Source of the DNA: an uncultured Fidelibacterota bacterium
Lineage (GTDB): Bacteria > Fidelibacterota > Marinisomatia > Marinisomatales > UBA1611
Direction of reading: 5' to 3'
Length of the DNA stretch: 64,000 bases
NCBI GenBank assembly: GCA_913040915.1
Contig: CAJWHW010000004.1
Span: forward strand, 1-64,000
Shown in pieces: positions 61,185 to 64,000 of this stretch (its first letter is position 1; each line of letters begins with the position of its first letter). The translations under genes and the position numbers were made by a program. Under the pieces are notes generated by a model. That model was not told the origin of the DNA and searched no databases. It saw only the letters and a list, made by a program, of their open reading frames with translations.

Positions 61185-62279
61185 ATGGCGATTAAAATTT
61201 TATATATTTCTCCAGAAAATACAGTTGGAACTCTCACTCTATGGAAATTGGAGCATGAATCCCGTGGTAATTATTGTCGTACAGTAACATTTTTTAGATC
61301 ACCAAAAAATTTTAAAGAAGATATTTGTCTTAACCTTCCCTTTAATTTTACAAGAAGGAATATGTCTTTTCTTCGCAATCAGCTATATAAATATTACAGA
61401 GGTGAAGAAGGTTATTTTAAACCAAAAGAAGGTTATCCACCTGCTTGGCGGCCAGAAGGATGGCTTGATACTATGTTTTTTAAATTTAAAGATTTGTTAT
61501 GGAAGTCCATTATTAAAAAAGCAATTAAAGATTTTGATCTATATAATTTTGATGTGATTCATTATGAAAGTGGTTCAGATTTTTTAAAAAATGAATTTTT
61601 TGTTAAAGAAATACATCGTAGAGGGAAAAAGATAATCGCCCATTATCATGGAGAAGATTTACGCTCTAGTGGCGTTATGCCATTTTTGGATTCAGTCTCA
61701 AATTTAAATTTAACAAATGAAATAGATTTACTAGATAAACATCCAAATATTAATTATTTATTTTTACCATATGATACATCAAAATTTTCAGCTAAAAATA
61801 AATTAAGTGATACAATTGTTGTTTCCCATGCCCCTACAAACCGATTCTATAAAGGATCTAATTTTATTATTTCAGTTTGTAAAAAATTAGAAAAAGAAGA
61901 ATTAATTCAATTTGATTTGATCGAAAATCTACCACACTCAGTTACATTAGATAGAAAGTACAAATCAGATATTTTTATTGATCAAATAGGTGATAGAGGA
62001 GGCTGGGGTTATGGGATGAATTCCGTTGAGTCATTATCCATGGGAATTTGCACTCTAACAGAGATAAATGATCAATGCCATAATTTTATACCTGACCATC
62101 CTTTTATAAATATAAACAAATATAATCTAGAAGAAACGTTGAGAAACCTATGCCAAAATAAAGAAGAGATTATAAAAAAGGCACAGGAGGGCAGGAGGTG
62201 GGTCGTTAATCATCATGATATTAAACAAGTTGCTAAAAAACTTTACACTTATTATAGTATGATTGGATTGCCAGTTTGA
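61185..62279 (+). CDS. GT-B glycosyltransferase (GT4-like)
   Basis: HYHGEDLR, HAPTNR..KGS, DIFIDQ, GYGMNSVESLSMG. Confidence 0.82.
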   Translation: MAIKILYISPENTVGTLTLWKLEHESRGNYCRTVTFFRSPKNFKEDICLNLPFNFTRRNMSFLRNQLYKYYRGEEGYFKPKEGYPPAWRPEGWLDTMFFKFKDLLWKSIIKKAIKDFDLYNFDVIHYESGSDFLKNEFFVKEIHRRGKKIIAHYHGEDLRSSGVMPFLDSVSNLNLTNEIDLLDKHPNINYLFLPYDTSKFSAKNKLSDTIVVSHAPTNRFYKGSNFIISVCKKLEKEELIQFDLIENLPHSVTLDRKYKSDIFIDQIGDRGGWGYGMNSVESLSMGICTLTEINDQCHNFIPDHPFININKYNLEETLRNLCQNKEEIIKKAQEGRRWVVNHHDIKQVAKKLYTYYSMIGLPV

Positions 62280-63367
62280 AAGCAACTGTATACAATCCCA
62301 AATATATTTTTTGGGCTAAAGTAGTAAGTTTTTTGCTATCACCATTTTATTTTGTTTTGAATTGTATTAGGCCATCTTTTTATTTTGATCAAAATAAAAT
62401 AAAATCTATCTTAGTTTGCGAATACCATCGTATTGGCGATGTGCTATTAATTATACCAGTTCTACATTTATTAAGGAAACATTACCCTAAAGCAAAAATA
62501 ACCTTGTTGTGTTGTTCATCTGCCAAGTTATTAGTGGCAGATCTAAAAGTTGTCGATGAGGTTATTGAAATTGATGTCCCTTGGACTACATGGAGTTTTT
62601 CACCTTTTAAATGGATAAGGGCTCGGTCTTATGCTCGGACCTTAAAAAAGAAAAATTTTGATTTAGCCATTGATTTTAAAGGTGATTTACGTAATAGCTG
62701 GTTTTTATGGCATATAAAAGCCAAAAAGAGTTTAGGATATACCGACACAGGCGGATCTATGTTTTATACTCATCCAATAAATCCACCTTATGGTATTCAT
62801 CAAAGTAGTAGAGCATTGGCATTAATATCCCATCTTGGTCTTGACACTCAATATTCTCCAGATAAGAAAATTTACTTTCATGATCATGGTTCAATTGTGT
62901 TACACCCTGGCGGGTCAGATCCAAAAAGAATGTGGCCAAAAGCAAAATGGGTTAAATTAACTGAATTACTCTCGAAGGAGCATACATTAACTATGGTAAA
63001 AACCCCAGATTCCAATGCTGTTGTTAAACAAATAATTGAAAAACAATTAAATGTAGATTTCTTTGAAGACAATTTAGTTCAATTCAAACATTGGCTTGGA
63101 GGGCAAAAACTTCTTGTTTGCATCGATTCAATGCCGGGACACTTAGCAGCTTATTTAGGTATTCCGACTGTTTCTATTTTTGGTTCTCAAGATCCAAAAA
63201 TAACACGGCCTCTCGGTAAATTAGTAGAAATTGTCACTCCGGATTTTCCATGTAATCATCAACGCTCTCATTGGCGATTATGTAACTTGTGTATGGAAAC
63301 AATAACAGTGGACCAAGTTTTTAAAGCAATAGAAACCTTAATATATAGAGCTGTAAGTAATCAATAA
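62276..63367 (+). CDS. GT9 family glycosyltransferase (heptosyltransferase-like)
   Basis: RIGDVLL, FDLAID, HPGG...K.WP, DS.PGHLAA.LG.PTV.IFG, CM..ITV..V. Confidence 0.9.
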   Translation: MKATVYNPKYIFWAKVVSFLLSPFYFVLNCIRPSFYFDQNKIKSILVCEYHRIGDVLLIIPVLHLLRKHYPKAKITLLCCSSAKLLVADLKVVDEVIEIDVPWTTWSFSPFKWIRARSYARTLKKKNFDLAIDFKGDLRNSWFLWHIKAKKSLGYTDTGGSMFYTHPINPPYGIHQSSRALALISHLGLDTQYSPDKKIYFHDHGSIVLHPGGSDPKRMWPKAKWVKLTELLSKEHTLTMVKTPDSNAVVKQIIEKQLNVDFFEDNLVQFKHWLGGQKLLVCIDSMPGHLAAYLGIPTVSIFGSQDPKITRPLGKLVEIVTPDFPCNHQRSHWRLCNLCMETITVDQVFKAIETLIYRAVSNQ

Positions 63368-63525
63368 ATATAAATATTGCCATTATCTTCTTTATTTGTA
63401 AATTTAGTAAATAGAAAAGGGATTGCCCTTCAGTTCCACGAATTACAAAGGACAATTCATAAAAAAAAGAACTTTGATAAGTTATCATTGTTCTGACCAA
63501 AGAACCAAACCATGGAGGTATCGGC

Positions 63526-63735
63526 ATGGCTGACTTGAACTCAACCGTACAAAACGCAGCGTCAGGAATCGTTGGCATTATTAAAGCACTGATTGTGCTA
63601 TTCGTATTTGTCAACATTGTTTATTCCACACAATTTGACCCAATTGGTGGGATTGTTGACTTGGTAAACACATTTCTGGATGGTGGTTTTGCCGGTCTGC
63701 TAGCTCTGCTGGTTTTTCTCTCGTTTCTGGGATAA
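63526..63735 (+). CDS. Small hydrophobic protein A (69 aa), unknown function
   Basis: GGAGG RBS at 63514; amphipathic N-terminus plus two hydrophobic helices; paralogous to the next gene. Confidence 0.85.
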   Translation: MADLNSTVQNAASGIVGIIKALIVLFVFVNIVYSTQFDPIGGIVDLVNTFLDGGFAGLLALLVFLSFLG

Positions 63736-63750
63736 ACACACAGGTATTGA

Positions 63751-63781
63751 CACAGGGTCTAATTTAATTTTGGGCCCTGTG
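63751..63781 (+). other. Intercistronic stem-loop between the two small genes
   Basis: CACAGGGTCTAA / TTGGGCCCTGTG 12-bp stem with two G-U pairs; no U-tract. Confidence 0.7.
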
Positions 63782-63801
63782 CCTAATAACAGGAGGAAAA
63801 T

Positions 63802-64000
63802 ATGCTGAAAGACGCATTGCAGACCGTTAACGGGTGGCTTGATCAAGTCATTGACTTGCTCAAAACTCTCATTATTGTAGGTATTATTGTTGGAATTTTG
63901 TTTGATGACTTCTTTGGAGTCATTGCCGGATTGGGTCGAGTTATGGCTCAGTTTGGGGATGCAGGTTTCGCAGGTATACTTGCTTTGATGATCCTCGTTA
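63802..64000 (+). CDS. Small hydrophobic protein B, paralog of A, truncated by the window edge and absent from the ORF track
   Basis: AGGAGG RBS at 63791; MLKDALQTVNGWLDQVIDLLKTLIIVGIIVGILFDDFFGVIAGLGRVMAQFGDAGFAGILALMILV..., no stop before 64000. Confidence 0.85.
   Translation, partial: MLKDALQTVNGWLDQVIDLLKTLIIVGIIVGILFDDFFGVIAGLGRVMAQFGDAGFAGILALMILV

Overview
AT-rich bacterial chromosomal window, most consistent with a marine FCB-superphylum organism such as Marinimicrobia/SAR406 (inference from gene content and style, not from a marker gene). (1) ~2.9-15.4 kb is a phosphate-acquisition island: a decayed phoB copy, phoX, ppk2, a Nudix gene, phoB, a TM-less phoR, pstSCAB, phoU and a porin, facing a Na+/Pi cotransporter, a second PhoU-like gene and an unannotated 56-aa membrane protein. 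(2) 15.5-33.7 kb is a minus-strand de novo purine supercluster with class II PurE, no purK and a PurQ carrying a PurS-like extension, interrupted by a sugar kinase/SSS transporter pair and an esterase. (3) 33.7-55.6 kb holds mixed genes, including an iodotyrosine deiodinase, a beta-helix/diheme cytochrome pair, catalytically degenerate EndoV and AroQ homologues, proS, recO, an orphan MotAB pair and eno. (4) 55.7-63.4 kb is a glycan locus with two sulfotransferases. (5) The window ends in tandem paralogous ~70-aa hydrophobic proteins. Main findings: an arsenate reductase missed by the ORF track, with in-frame TGA at the catalytic Cys12 position and a SECIS-like hairpin (probable selenoprotein), and a non-canonical Pho box (CTAAY-N6-CTAAY-N10-TAnnnT) upstream of four phosphate loci and also upstream of that arsC, linking phosphate starvation to selenium-dependent arsenate reduction. 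No rRNA, tRNA, CRISPR array or transposase was seen.
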